NCBI GenBank assembly: GCA_963811105.1
Contig: CAWEPZ010000009.1
Span: forward strand, 192,001-256,000
Source: Candidatus Bathyarchaeota archaeon
Lineage (GTDB): Archaea; Thermoproteota; Bathyarchaeia; Bathyarchaeales; Bathycorpusculaceae
DNA: 64,000 nucleotides
Direction of reading: 5' to 3'
How positions within the stretch are numbered: the stretch's first letter is position 1; each line of letters starts with the position of its first letter. A program made the position numbers and the translations under genes. Below the pieces are notes generated by a model that had not been told where the DNA came from, did no database searches, and saw only the letters and a program-made list of their open reading frames with translations. This document shows positions 31,273 through 40,803 of the stretch, in pieces.

Positions 31273-31297
31273 GGTTCAAATCTCGGCGACCGCACCA
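31273..31297 (+). repeat. tRNA-Gly 3'-end fragment (attR-like)
   Basis: Exact copy of 26751-26775, including the CTCGG variant. Confidence 0.9.
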
Positions 31298-31374
31298 CTA
31301 ACGCCTCCTTAATTTTCAGGTTCTGTTACCTTTTTTAGATAGCTTTCGGTTAACAGAAAGTAAGGTGTTGAAGA

Positions 31375-31638
31375 ATGGCGTCTGAAGGAAAACTTGACCA
31401 ATTAATTAAGCAAAAAAGGGCTTTTTTAGAAGCTTCCGTAAAAGATTACTCTGCCGGCGGGAATGATATGCTTGATGATGTTGAAGCTTTGCTTGAAGAG
31501 GCGAAGGCAGAAATTACTCATCGCTTGGAGCTTGCAAGTTGTTTAAAAGAAGATGCAGGGGATGCGGCTTGGCGCAAAGAGTGCCTTTCAACATTTGAAG
31601 AATGGCTTGAAAAATGGTTTGGAAAAGGCCATCTTTAA
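31375..31638 (+). CDS. Hypothetical 87-aa protein
   Basis: AGGTG SD, helical composition, ends WLEKWFG. Confidence 0.6.
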   Translation: MASEGKLDQLIKQKRAFLEASVKDYSAGGNDMLDDVEALLEEAKAEITHRLELASCLKEDAGDAAWRKECLSTFEEWLEKWFGKGHL

Positions 31639-31701
31639 GTAGTCTCTTTTCTAAGACAAAGCCTGATTAGTGCATTACTTTAAGAAACAAAGAAAAAGAA
31701 A

Positions 31702-32481
31702 CTAGTTTACTTCGTTGCTATCAATCTTTCTAGCCATTTCAGAGACTATCTTCGTGAACGGATGATCGGGTTTGTCCTGAACAAAAATCAAGTTGCCTTC
31801 CGCCCTTAGAATTTCGCAGAAACAAGGTACAATGCCCAACAGAGGTACCTGATAAACCGATTTAACTTTAGCACCTATTTCAGACTTCTTCGCTGTAGCT
31901 GATGGATCAATTACCTTGTTTAAAACTAAACCAGTTTTCTTCTCGAACAAGTTATAAAGCTCTTTTAGCATGCGTTTTGTTCCATCAACATCTGAACGGT
32001 CACTAGTTGTTGCTACAACCACAAAATCAGCTGCAACAATAGCGTTTATAGAAGAGTACTGCAACCCAGGGCTTGTATCAAAGAACAAGTAATCAAAACC
32101 CTCATCTACAAGCAAAGTTTCCCTAAGCGCAAGTAGTCTACCTAAAGCTCGCATTTCCCATTTTCTATCTTTGGATGACATATCCCTTATTGCTTCAGTT
32201 GCAGGATTAGCTAAGCCAGCATAGAACTTGCCACCACCCGTGAGCATACTACTTAAATCTATTAGGGATTCGTTTGCCTCACGTGTGTTATTTAAGTAAT
32301 CGTTAAACCAGACTTCACTATTTTCAGCTTTAAGAATAGCGAACAAACTTGGCGCACGAAAGTCAAGGTCAAAAACAGCCACTTTTTTGCCGCTTTTAGC
32401 GAAAGATGCTGCTAAATTTACTGATAGAAGAGTTTTCCCTGTACCACCTTTGTAGGAATGTACTGCGATTATTTTGCTCAT
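31702..32481 (-). CDS. MinD/ParA-family ATPase
   Basis: SYKGGTGKT deviant Walker A, DLDFRAP, FDTSPG, LNKV. Confidence 0.92.
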   Translation of the reverse strand: MSKIIAVHSYKGGTGKTLLSVNLAASFAKSGKKVAVFDLDFRAPSLFAILKAENSEVWFNDYLNNTREANESLIDLSSMLTGGGKFYAGLANPATEAIRDMSSKDRKWEMRALGRLLALRETLLVDEGFDYLFFDTSPGLQYSSINAIVAADFVVVATTSDRSDVDGTKRMLKELYNLFEKKTGLVLNKVIDPSATAKKSEIGAKVKSVYQVPLLGIVPCFCEILRAEGNLIFVQDKPDHPFTKIVSEMARKIDSNEVN

Positions 32482-32485
32482 ACTT

Positions 32486-32785
32486 TCAACCTTGTGTTTC
32501 CTTTTCAATAAAGAAATATGCTTTTCTTCCTTTTCGTTCCTTCTTAAGGTAACCCATAATCACAAGCTGGTTAAGATATGCACTTTCCACCGCTCTTGCC
32601 CTCTTGGTCTGCCCAGCAATTTCCTCAGCTGTTGCTCTTTCACATCGACAAATCGTCATCGCTGTCTTACGCAAGTGATCCGGCATCGAAAGAAGCGTCA
32701 TAACATCCAAAGATGCATCAGGCAACGCTAAACTGGATTTTTGATTATACCCACTGGTTTTCTGAATTTCCATCATAACTTCCAT
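32486..32785 (-). CDS. Winged-HTH DNA-binding protein (true start possibly about 32866)
   Basis: LLSMPDHLRKT...ATAEEIAGQTKRARAVESAYLNQLV.MGYLKKERKGRKAYF; frame stays open upstream as a coiled coil. Confidence 0.85.
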   Translation of the reverse strand: MEVMMEIQKTSGYNQKSSLALPDASLDVMTLLSMPDHLRKTAMTICRCERATAEEIAGQTKRARAVESAYLNQLVIMGYLKKERKGRKAYFFIEKETQG

Positions 32786-33249
32786 TTTCTGGTTGAGCTT
32801 CTCGAGGCTTTCTTCTATTTTCTCAAGAATAGCAGAAGACTTTTTTGCGTATATTTGATCTTTTATGATTAACGCTCCCCCCGAGTTGTTTTACGTGTAT
32901 GCAGTCAGGAGTGATCCTTCTTTATTAAGTCTTATTATACAGAGATATTTATTTGAAATAAATAAACACCGATTAAAAAAAACAGAAAAGCAACGTTGCT
33001 GACAGTTTTCTATTAAAATGAGAATAAAAAAATTTTCAAAAAATATGAATTGGAGAAATTTGGGAATTAGTGGGGCCAATGATCAGCTCTTACATTGCGC
33101 CCGGAGCTTTTAACATGCATACTGCACCATAGAATAATCTTTCTGTATTGATTTGGGGAGCTACGACTTTTCTATTCAAAATAAGGACATCAAGAGCTCC
33201 GCACGTTTTTTAACTTGTTCTATATTTTAGTGGTGGAGACGTTACGGGT

Positions 33250-33873
33250 TTGGATAGGTCTGCAATAATTTTAGTTGGTTTTACACCAAACAAGTTTGGG
33301 GAAGACAAAGGGCTCCTGAAACTGAACAAAAAACCTTTGTTTAGTTACGTTGTTGACTCTGTCAAAGATATTGTTGAAGAAATAATCATCGTAACAAATT
33401 CACAACAGCGCGCAGATATATACGCAAAAGTTGTTTCAACCAATGCCAAGTTTGCAGTTGACGACGATGAGTCAAAAGGACCTTTAGGCGGTGCGTTGAC
33501 AGGTTTTGAGGCAGCCCAGGGAAAGTATTCGTTGCTTTTGCCTTTTGACGCACCGTTTATTTGCCGAGAGATTATTTCGTTGCTTTTTGATTTATGCATT
33601 GGTAAAACGGCGGTGGTTCCAAGGTGGACAAATTGCGAGATTGAACCTTTGCATGCAGTTTATCGGACAGAGTGTGGGTTGGACGCGGCTAAAAAAGCGT
33701 TGGCAAATAATGAGCTTGAATTGGCTGATATGGTGGGTAAAATGCGGGGAGTGCGCTATGTTTCCACTTTAGTAATAGAACAGTTGGATCCAGAGTTGCG
33801 AACCTTCTTCAATGTAAACGCTCCCCTTGATCTAAAAAAAGCCCTAACTATGATGAAGCAAAGAAAAAAATAG
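33250..33873 (+). CDS. mobA: Molybdenum cofactor guanylyltransferase-like protein
   Basis: FGEDKGLL, GPLGG, PFDAPF, EPLHAVY, FFNVN; LAGG motif degenerate (LVGF). Confidence 0.85.
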   Translation: MDRSAIILVGFTPNKFGEDKGLLKLNKKPLFSYVVDSVKDIVEEIIIVTNSQQRADIYAKVVSTNAKFAVDDDESKGPLGGALTGFEAAQGKYSLLLPFDAPFICREIISLLFDLCIGKTAVVPRWTNCEIEPLHAVYRTECGLDAAKKALANNELELADMVGKMRGVRYVSTLVIEQLDPELRTFFNVNAPLDLKKALTMMKQRKK

Positions 33874-34013
33874 AATTTTTGAGTAATTGTATTAAATGAC
33901 AAGCTTATGAAACTCTATCGTAACGTTCGCTTGATAATGAGGCTATCTTGACACAGCCACATTGGTTAATACCAAAGTCTAGAGCTCTGTTGTAAAAGGA
34001 AGTGAAACAAGTC

Positions 34014-34562
34014 TTGTCCGAAGATAAACATGTACTATTATTATGGAGGCAAAGAGAAGAAAACTGGACAGGTAAAAAAGGAAACTGAAGAAGGATTAGT
34101 TCCTAACTACCAAAGAGACTTTAATAGAATAATGGAGGAGTTTCCAACATGATTTTGATAATTTCTGGGCGATGCTACCAAGATGGAGGAGGTGGATGGG
34201 AGGGAAACCAGGTTTTCCAATGATGATGTCTTTTAAACAGATGATGTCATCAGTTGATGTGGAGGATCGAGGGAAAGATTTCTGCGTAACCGTAAACTTG
34301 CCAGGATTCAACAAGGAGGATGTGAATATCGAGGTCGGTGAAGAATCACTATTGATTCATGCGAAAAAGAACAAAGCAGAAGAAAAAAAGCAGAAAAACT
34401 ATTTTCGCAAGGAGAGAATGGTTCAAACGTTTTACAGAAGGATTGATTTGCCTGAGAAAAATCAAGTCAGATTCTGCCAAAGCAAGAGAAATCAATTGAG
34501 TACTTTGGATTGATTTGCTGAAGAATGAGCCTGAAGAAACCAAAAAACTTACCTTCACATAA
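34014..34562 (+). pseudogene. Hsp20/alpha-crystallin small heat-shock protein, disrupted
   Basis: VDVEDRG...NLPGFNKEDVNI...FYRRIDLPE; frameshifts near 34144 and 34458 plus TGA in the NGVL motif. Confidence 0.8.
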
Positions 34563-34623
34563 TCTTTAGAAATTTTCCTTTTTCTTTGATTTTTATTATT
34601 TTTTGAAATGATTCTTATTGTGA

Positions 34624-35337
34624 TCACGTTTTTTGTTTGCATACTTGCTCTTGATCAGAATATTCTCTTGATTTCCGTTTCCTTGCTAAAGCCGCCATAA
34701 CTACAACTGAAAAAACAACTAGCATAAGTAAAGTTACCGCCGTATAAAGTAAGCTTATCCTAATTGAAAGCACCTCGTACACACCAACCAAGCCAAACAA
34801 AACAAAAATTCCTGCTGAAAGCCACCTAAAAGTCCTCTCAGGAATACGCTTACAAAAAACAACTCCAACAACTATTCCAACTCCATCAGCAACCAACATA
34901 GCAATCGTTGCTCCAACAAAAACGCTGAGCGCATTGTTGTATTGTGCTGTCAAACTGATAGTTGCAAGCTGGGTCTTGTCACCGAACTCAGCGATGAAAA
35001 AAGCTGTGGCTACAGTTCCGACTACCCCAAATCGGGAGGTCTTTTCATTCTTGATTTTGAATTTGTCTCCTCTTACGGTCCACAATCCAAAACCGATGAA
35101 GGAAATAGAAGCTGCCAGAGAAATAACATCTAAAGGAATGAGTGAAGTTAGCAATTGACCAAGTGTTATTGTGACTGCAAAGCTAGCCAGAATAGCCAGG
35201 AAGACCCCTATAATAACCTTGTAAATATTGTGTCGCGCAGCAAAGGACATGGCTAAAAATTGGGTTTTATCCCCCATTTCGGCTAAAACAACTAACACAA
35301 ACGAAGCAGCAAAGGCAGCTAAGCTGAGTTCAATCAA
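34624..35337 (-). CDS. TMEM165/GDT1 (UPF0016) cation transporter
   Basis: Two EMGDKTQ / EFGDKTQ motifs. Confidence 0.93.
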   Translation of the reverse strand: MIELSLAAFAASFVLVVLAEMGDKTQFLAMSFAARHNIYKVIIGVFLAILASFAVTITLGQLLTSLIPLDVISLAASISFIGFGLWTVRGDKFKIKNEKTSRFGVVGTVATAFFIAEFGDKTQLATISLTAQYNNALSVFVGATIAMLVADGVGIVVGVVFCKRIPERTFRWLSAGIFVLFGLVGVYEVLSIRISLLYTAVTLLMLVVFSVVVMAALARKRKSREYSDQEQVCKQKT

Positions 35338-35349
35338 TATCTTTCATCT

Positions 35350-36363
35350 TTAGATTGGGGGTTTAGCTATTTTTTGGTTTTTTAATGTTTTCATCCATTC
35401 CTTAAACTCTGAAGATGGCGGATAGTCACGATATAGTTTTTCGCGCTTAGATTCTAAGAAAAGGTTTTCGTTGCCTGAGTATTCCGCAGCTGTGGTAATA
35501 CTGTGCCCTGATTTGGAAGCTTGCTGGCAAACCCCACTTATTCTTTGTTGCCAAGACTCGTCTCTCAGCGCATGGTGGTCAAAGATGACCATTGGCACCG
35601 ACTCAACAATCTTTTGCATATTCTTTAATCCTTGTTCCAACTGCCGCCCATCAACTCGGCAACCTTCTAGATAAAATGGCGGTCCACCCAACATAATAGC
35701 GGTCGGCCGCTCCCTTAGAATCAAGTCAAGCGTGTGAGTTGACATTGGCCCTTGCACGTCAGGGGCAAACATAAACCGTTCACCCTCATGCTCAAAAACA
35801 GCCATTATGACCCAGCCCAGCATCGAATCCTCCGACCCATGAACCACAGCCTCCGAAAACCGCAACACAGTCTTTCCATAAGAAAACGTTTTGCCATCAG
35901 CAGTCTCAAGGCTCTTTCCGTGCTTGCCACCAGTTTTTTGGAAAAGCCAGGCACGTTGCCTTTGGCTTGCGTTGATTTTTTCCCGCGGATTTTTCACTAG
36001 CACGATTTTGTTTTGGTAAATTTGGCGAGCTGTTTCGTTTGCTTCCGTCCAATTTACTACCCAGTCTTCGTATGATGGGGTATGGTGGTCAAAATGGTAA
36101 TGGCTAATCGTCACCACATCCGCTTTGGTTGCTGCTGACGCAATAAGCTTGCGTATATTAGCGATTGTTTGGAACTCAATAGGATGAGGGGGCAAATTGA
36201 AGCGATACGGACAGAGCGAGACTCCAGCATCTAAAAGCACTTTCACTTCGAGAGTCTCAACAAGTGTGCACATCGAGCGTACACCGAAGCTTTCTGCCGC
36301 CAAAGGAGTAATCTTAATTTTCCCTAATGAACTACTGGGTTCTTTTTCAATTCTTGTAGTCAC
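35350..36363 (-). CDS. Archaeal metallo-beta-lactamase-fold hydrolase (UPF0282-like)
   Basis: LAAESFGVRSM, SHYHFDHHTP, DVQGP, DHHALRD. Confidence 0.85.
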   Translation of the reverse strand: MTTRIEKEPSSSLGKIKITPLAAESFGVRSMCTLVETLEVKVLLDAGVSLCPYRFNLPPHPIEFQTIANIRKLIASAATKADVVTISHYHFDHHTPSYEDWVVNWTEANETARQIYQNKIVLVKNPREKINASQRQRAWLFQKTGGKHGKSLETADGKTFSYGKTVLRFSEAVVHGSEDSMLGWVIMAVFEHEGERFMFAPDVQGPMSTHTLDLILRERPTAIMLGGPPFYLEGCRVDGRQLEQGLKNMQKIVESVPMVIFDHHALRDESWQQRISGVCQQASKSGHSITTAAEYSGNENLFLESKREKLYRDYPPSSEFKEWMKTLKNQKIAKPPI

Positions 36364-36542
36364 GCAGAGAAACCTGTGCTATTGGGCTAATGAAACAGAA
36401 TGTAAAATGCATTACGCTGTTTTGTGTAAATAAATTGCCTTAACCATAGGTTGTTGTACTATGACAGCCACAAACCGTTAAATTCAAAGCTTCTATCCTT
36501 TAAATTGAGTAAGAGTAAAGGAGCTTTTGGAGGAGAAAAAGT

Positions 36543-37109
36543 TTGAGTCAACAAACAAAAGATGACAAGAATCTTGAGGCTGCAACGCTAGCTGCTGGCT
36601 GCTTCTGGTGCACCGAAGCGGCGTTCAATATCATAAAGGGAGTTGAGACAATTGAACCTGGCTACACAGGCGGTAATGTGCCAAACCCATCTTACGAACA
36701 AGTTTCCACAGGCACAACTGGGCATGCGGAGGCAGCGCAGATTTTCTTTGATCCCAAAGTCATCAAATACAAAGAAATCTTAGAGGTTTATTTTGCCATG
36801 CATGATCCAACCTCGCTGAATCGTCAGGGCGCTGATGTGGGAACACAATATAGATCCGCCATTTTTTATCATAGCCCAGAGCAGAAAGCTAATGCAGAGC
36901 AACTGATTGATGAATTAAACCAAGAGGGCATATGGGATAAGCCAATCGTCACCTCAGTTGAACCCCTGAAAGTTTTCTACAAAGCTGAAACCTATCATAA
37001 AGACTATTACAAGAAACACCCAAAAGAGCCCTACTGCCAAGTAGTAATTGCACCTAAAATTGCAAAGTTGCAACAACGATTTTTTGATAAAATCAAGGTT
37101 CCTCCATGA
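36543..37109 (+). CDS. msrA: Peptide-methionine (S)-S-oxide reductase
   Basis: AGCFWC, GHAE, NRQGADVGTQYRS, AETYH..YY. Confidence 0.96.
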   Translation: MSQQTKDDKNLEAATLAAGCFWCTEAAFNIIKGVETIEPGYTGGNVPNPSYEQVSTGTTGHAEAAQIFFDPKVIKYKEILEVYFAMHDPTSLNRQGADVGTQYRSAIFYHSPEQKANAEQLIDELNQEGIWDKPIVTSVEPLKVFYKAETYHKDYYKKHPKEPYCQVVIAPKIAKLQQRFFDKIKVPP

Positions 37110-37681
37110 CAACCAAAACAACTGTAACAAGAGCTAACGAGGTTTTAAGACAGATTGAGGCGGCAGCAGAAAAAAAGTGGTTGCCAATCATCGGACCACA
37201 TAAAGGGAAACTCCTTGCTCAAGAGATTCGGAAAGTTAAGCCGCAGCATGTTTTGGAAGTTGGTACTTTGATCGGTTACTCAACAATCTTAATCGGCAAG
37301 GAACTTAACGAAAGTGCAGAGATCGTAACGATAGAGACTCATAGTGATGAGGCAGAAACCGCTGGAAAAAATGTTCTTAAAGCCAATATTCCCCCAAAAG
37401 TTAAGATTATCGAGGGCAACGCATTGGAAGTTATTCCCACCTTGCAAGGTCCCTTTGACTTTGCATTTATTGATGCCGAAAAAACCGAGTATTTCCAATA
37501 TCTTCGCCTTGCGGAGAATAAAATGCCCAAATTCGCGGTTATTTTTGCTGAGAACGCAGGCATTTTCGCTGACCAAATGAGTGATTATTTGGATTACGTT
37601 AGAAATTCCGGCAATTATAGGAGCCATTATGTGCCGGTCGGCGACGACGGCGTAGAAATAAGTGTTAAACTCAAAGCATAG
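37106..37681 (+). CDS. Class I SAM-dependent O-methyltransferase
   Basis: VLEVGTLIGYST, FDFAFIDAEK. Confidence 0.88.
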   Translation: MTTKTTVTRANEVLRQIEAAAEKKWLPIIGPHKGKLLAQEIRKVKPQHVLEVGTLIGYSTILIGKELNESAEIVTIETHSDEAETAGKNVLKANIPPKVKIIEGNALEVIPTLQGPFDFAFIDAEKTEYFQYLRLAENKMPKFAVIFAENAGIFADQMSDYLDYVRNSGNYRSHYVPVGDDGVEISVKLKA

Positions 37682-37741
37682 CGTTTAGTAGAAAACCTAA
37701 TATTCCAAGTTAATTTAAAGGTAAACTGGCGAATTTTTCAT

Positions 37742-38350
37742 ATGCTATCAAGAAACGTCAAACTAGAACTCTTAACCGACAGGAACAGTGCTTTAGTTTT
37801 GGTAGATTATCAGCCGTCAATGTTCCGAAGCATAGGTTCTGGCGATAAAACCATAATTAGGGCTGCAGCCATCGGTGCTGCCAAAGCCGCTAAAATACTG
37901 GGAATCCCGGTTGTTTTATCATCTATAAATCCTAAAAATAATGGGGAATTTGTTCCAGAAATCGCTCAAATTTTCCCTAACCAAGAAGTTTATGCAAGAA
38001 AACTATCGAGCTTTGATGCATTTGAAGACCAAAACACTTGGGATGCATTTAAGAGGACAGGAAAAAACAAGGTAGTTCTTTCTGGGCTTTGGACAAGCAT
38101 GTGTTTTGCGTTCACCGCCGTTCACGCAATAAAGGAAGAATACGAAGTCTACGGACTAATGGATGCAACAGGAGACTCTACAGTAGATGCGCACAAGTAT
38201 GGAGTTAAGAGGATGTTGCAGGTGGGAGTGGTGCCGCTTACACTTGAGGCATTGGTTTCAGAGTGGATGCATGACTGGAATAATCCTAAAGCTGGCGAGT
38301 TAGTTGCAGAAGTTTATTCTAAATACGGAGCAATGATAGGCCTGCACTGA
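37742..38350 (+). CDS. Isochorismatase-family hydrolase (YcaC-like)
   Basis: LVLVDYQP, GLWTSMC, SEWMHDW. Confidence 0.88.
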   Translation: MLSRNVKLELLTDRNSALVLVDYQPSMFRSIGSGDKTIIRAAAIGAAKAAKILGIPVVLSSINPKNNGEFVPEIAQIFPNQEVYARKLSSFDAFEDQNTWDAFKRTGKNKVVLSGLWTSMCFAFTAVHAIKEEYEVYGLMDATGDSTVDAHKYGVKRMLQVGVVPLTLEALVSEWMHDWNNPKAGELVAEVYSKYGAMIGLH

Positions 38351-38448
38351 ATCGAGTGTACCTGAACGTTTTAATGACTGCGTGGGTGTTTTCTGTTTCG
38401 GGTGGGCGATGACGACTCTGGCCCCGAAGACGTGAGGATGATGAGGAT

Positions 38449-38510
38449 CTTGAGTGTGAGATGGTAAAAATGATAATTTTTCGAGTTCGTTTTTGCCTTC
38501 CAAGAGCTCA
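38449..38510. repeat. Degenerate intergenic repeat, copy 1 (copy 2 at 41433-41503)
   Basis: CTTGAGTGTGAGATG exact in both copies, followed by a similar AAAATnATAAnTTT...TTTGCC...AAGAGC. Confidence 0.6.
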
Positions 38511-38956
38511 CCTTTCAGAGTTTCTTAGATAGCCGGTTAGTATTAGCTAAATTTAGTTAACTAAATAACAATACGTTAACCAAAAAAAAGCCAATTATTT
38601 TTCTTACGCGCTTTGGATTCATTTTTTCAATGAAAAAAGCGATTAATGAATAAGAAGTTTATTCTATTTGCCTACCTCAAACGTCTGAACTATTCAATTT
38701 GGTTTCCAATTTCCGATTGGGAAAAATAGATACATTGGATGCACAGAAACAGATTTTTGAGACTATGGGTGTTTTTCATCTTTAGCATTGGTCATAAACC
38801 AATTTAGTAAAATGCCAAAAAGTTCCTGCCTAAATAAACGGAATCTTCATTTTGCTTCACTTGAAGGCATTGCAGCTTCTTTTCGTTTTCTCCGTAGCAC
38901 CCTATTCGCTTTAATTTCATCAAACACTATTCTGGACGAAGTAGCCCCCTAGTTCC

Positions 38957-39736
38957 TCATGGTTGGAGTTTTTCTACGTAGCGTGCGCTGAACCCAAACC
39001 CAGACGTACGCGAACGCGCGTAAGGTGTTGGTTCGGGTTCTTCGGGTATTGGCATTGGTTCGGGTTCTTCGGGTTCTGGTTCAGGTTCTGGATTTGGCTC
39101 AGGTTCGGGTTCTTCGGGTTCTGGTTCAGGTTCTGGATTTGGCTCAGGTTCGGGTTCTTCGGGTTCTGGTTCAGGTTCTGGATTTGGCTCAGGTTCGGGT
39201 TCTTCGGGTTCTGGTTCAGGTTCTGGATTTGGCTCAGGTTCGGGTTCTTCGGGTTCTGGTTCAGGTTCTGGATTTGGCTCAGGTTCGGGTTCTTCGGGTT
39301 CTGGTTCAGGTTCTGGATTTGGCTCAGGTTCGGGTTCTTCGGGTTCTGGTTCAGGTTCTGGATTTGGCTCAGGTTCGGGTTCTTCGGGTTCTGGTTCAGG
39401 TTCTGGATTTGGCTCAGGTTCTGGATTTGGCTCAGATATTATTATCAAATTTGCCACATTTTTTGTCTCTGTCAACTTGCGCGTGGGCATACTTATTGAC
39501 GCGCTTAATTCGTCAGTTGTTATTTCGCTTCCAGTTGGTCTGAATCTTTTCATGAACCTATTAATTATCTTTGAAACTCTGTCTGCTTCTTCTTTAACGT
39601 CAACTTTAATGAAGATTTTATTATTTGGATAACCAAGTTGATAACCAGCATTATACCCTCTTTTCTGAAGAAACCTTACGATAACCTGTGAAAGCCGCTC
39701 ATTCTCTGGTTTAAACACTTCATAATCCATCGGCAT
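38957..39736 (-). CDS. Hypothetical protein with long Glu-Pro repeat tract
   Basis: About 100-aa non-repetitive N-domain, then ([15 protein letters not shown])x8; SD- and TATA-like sequences upstream. Confidence 0.75.
   Translation of the reverse strand: MPMDYEVFKPENERLSQVIVRFLQKRGYNAGYQLGYPNNKIFIKVDVKEEADRVSKIINRFMKRFRPTGSEITTDELSASISMPTRKLTETKNVANLIIISEPNPEPEPNPEPEPEPEEPEPEPNPEPEPEPEEPEPEPNPEPEPEPEEPEPEPNPEPEPEPEEPEPEPNPEPEPEPEEPEPEPNPEPEPEPEEPEPEPNPEPEPEPEEPEPEPNPEPEPEPEEPEPMPIPEEPEPTPYARSRTSGFGFSARYVEKLQP
39057..39434. repeat. Perfect tandem repeat, 45 bp x 8 plus partial unit
   Basis: Unit GGTTCGGGTTCTTCGGGTTCTGGTTCAGGTTCTGGATTTGGCTCA. Confidence 0.97.
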
Positions 39737-39797
39737 AATTCATTCACGCCTCATTTGTCTATTCTACGTTAATCAGATTTAAGACTTATCATCCATG

Positions 39798-40803
39798 TGC
39801 TGTGTTGAATGACTATAAATACTAGTTGTGTACAGAACGCTTGATTATGAGTTATTTGAGAGATTGGAATGGCTACAATGAAGCGTTAGTGAAACGGGGC
39901 TTGATTCTTGTTGATTTAGACTTCGTTGCAGGCTGGTCTAGAGAACTCAAAACCATGAATGAAGGCAAAGAAGGCGGCAGATACCGCTACCCAGAATCAT
40001 TCATCAAACTACTAGCTGTAGTGCATGCATACGTTTTGCCATACAGGCAGTTGGAAGGCTTCATGCGCGGCTTGAGTCAATACGTTAACGGACTAAAAGC
40101 GCCAGACTACACAACTATCTGGTGGCGAATCGCCAAGATGAAGATCGATTTAGCCTCTTCCGTTGATGTAAACAAAGATGTCACTATCGCTGTGGACTCT
40201 AGCGAAATTAAAATGTCTAATCGCGGTGAATGGATTCATAAGAAGTGGAGAGTGCAACGCGGCTTCATAAAAGTGCACATTGCCGTTGATACTAAGACCA
40301 AACAGATACTTGCTATTGAGGTAACTAAAGAAGACGTTGGGGATGGACGCATGTTTGGCAGGTTGGTTAAGGGTTCAAGTGGCGTTGCTAATGTAGTGAA
40401 AGTGATTGGTGATGGCGCTTATGATTCTAAAGTTAACTTCCGTTTGGCCAGCGAGTTGGATATTGAGCCTTTGATTAGGGTGCGCAAGAACGCTTCGTTT
40501 AAGGGTGGGGGTTGCATGCCGCGTAAGTTTGCTGTGGTGAAGCAGCTTGGCAATGATGGATGGAGGCGTGAGAAGGGTTATGGGTATCGTTGGATGGTTG
40601 AGTCAGCGTTTTCTTGTTTAAAGCGGACGTTTGGAGAGTTTATTTGTGCGGTGAAGTGGCAACACATCGTTAAGGAACTGCTGCTAAAGGCTTCAATTTA
40701 CAACCTGTTTATGAAAATGAACCTGAATTAGGCTTTTAATCTAAGTGAAGAGAAATGGTTCAAAACCTAACTCAAAGATAGCTTTTAGTTATTCAACACA
40801 GCA
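39798..40803 (+). mobile_element. IS5-family insertion sequence, copy 2
   Basis: Same TIR; 8-bp TSD CATCCATG (39790-39797 and 40804-40811); 1006 bp. Confidence 0.96.
39847..40731 (+). CDS. IS5-family DDE transposase
   Basis: Open 294-aa frame; DSSE instead of DSSG at the first catalytic Asp motif. Confidence 0.93.
   Translation: MSYLRDWNGYNEALVKRGLILVDLDFVAGWSRELKTMNEGKEGGRYRYPESFIKLLAVVHAYVLPYRQLEGFMRGLSQYVNGLKAPDYTTIWWRIAKMKIDLASSVDVNKDVTIAVDSSEIKMSNRGEWIHKKWRVQRGFIKVHIAVDTKTKQILAIEVTKEDVGDGRMFGRLVKGSSGVANVVKVIGDGAYDSKVNFRLASELDIEPLIRVRKNASFKGGGCMPRKFAVVKQLGNDGWRREKGYGYRWMVESAFSCLKRTFGEFICAVKWQHIVKELLLKASIYNLFMKMNLN

Larger units (their letters stand above)
26751..31297 (+). mobile_element. 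Relic genomic island bounded by 25-bp tRNA-Gly 3'-end direct repeats
   Basis: GGTTCAAATCTCGGCGACCGCACCA identical at 26751-26775 and 31273-31297; cargo partly pseudogenised; no intact integrase inside. Confidence 0.7.

Noticed and set aside
34490-34505. Selenocysteine readthrough at the Hsp20 in-frame TGA
   Set aside because: It replaces Gly of the NGVL motif in a gene with two further frameshifts, so it is a nonsense mutation.
38300-38503. IS110 transposase fragment (RVVIAHPK)
   Set aside because: Similarity is limited to a few residues, with no other IS110 motifs.
39057-39434. 45-bp repeats as a CRISPR array
   Set aside because: Units are contiguous with no unique spacers, in frame within a CDS, and no cas genes are present.
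38963-39543. Plus-strand ORFs with ([15 protein letters not shown])n and ([15 protein letters not shown])n
   Set aside because: Antisense shadows of the Glu-Pro repeat; only the minus frame has a plausible N-domain, SD and promoter.
23491-40803. Composite transposon formed by the two IS copies
   Set aside because: Each copy has its own matching 8-bp TSD, and the outer flanks do not match each other.
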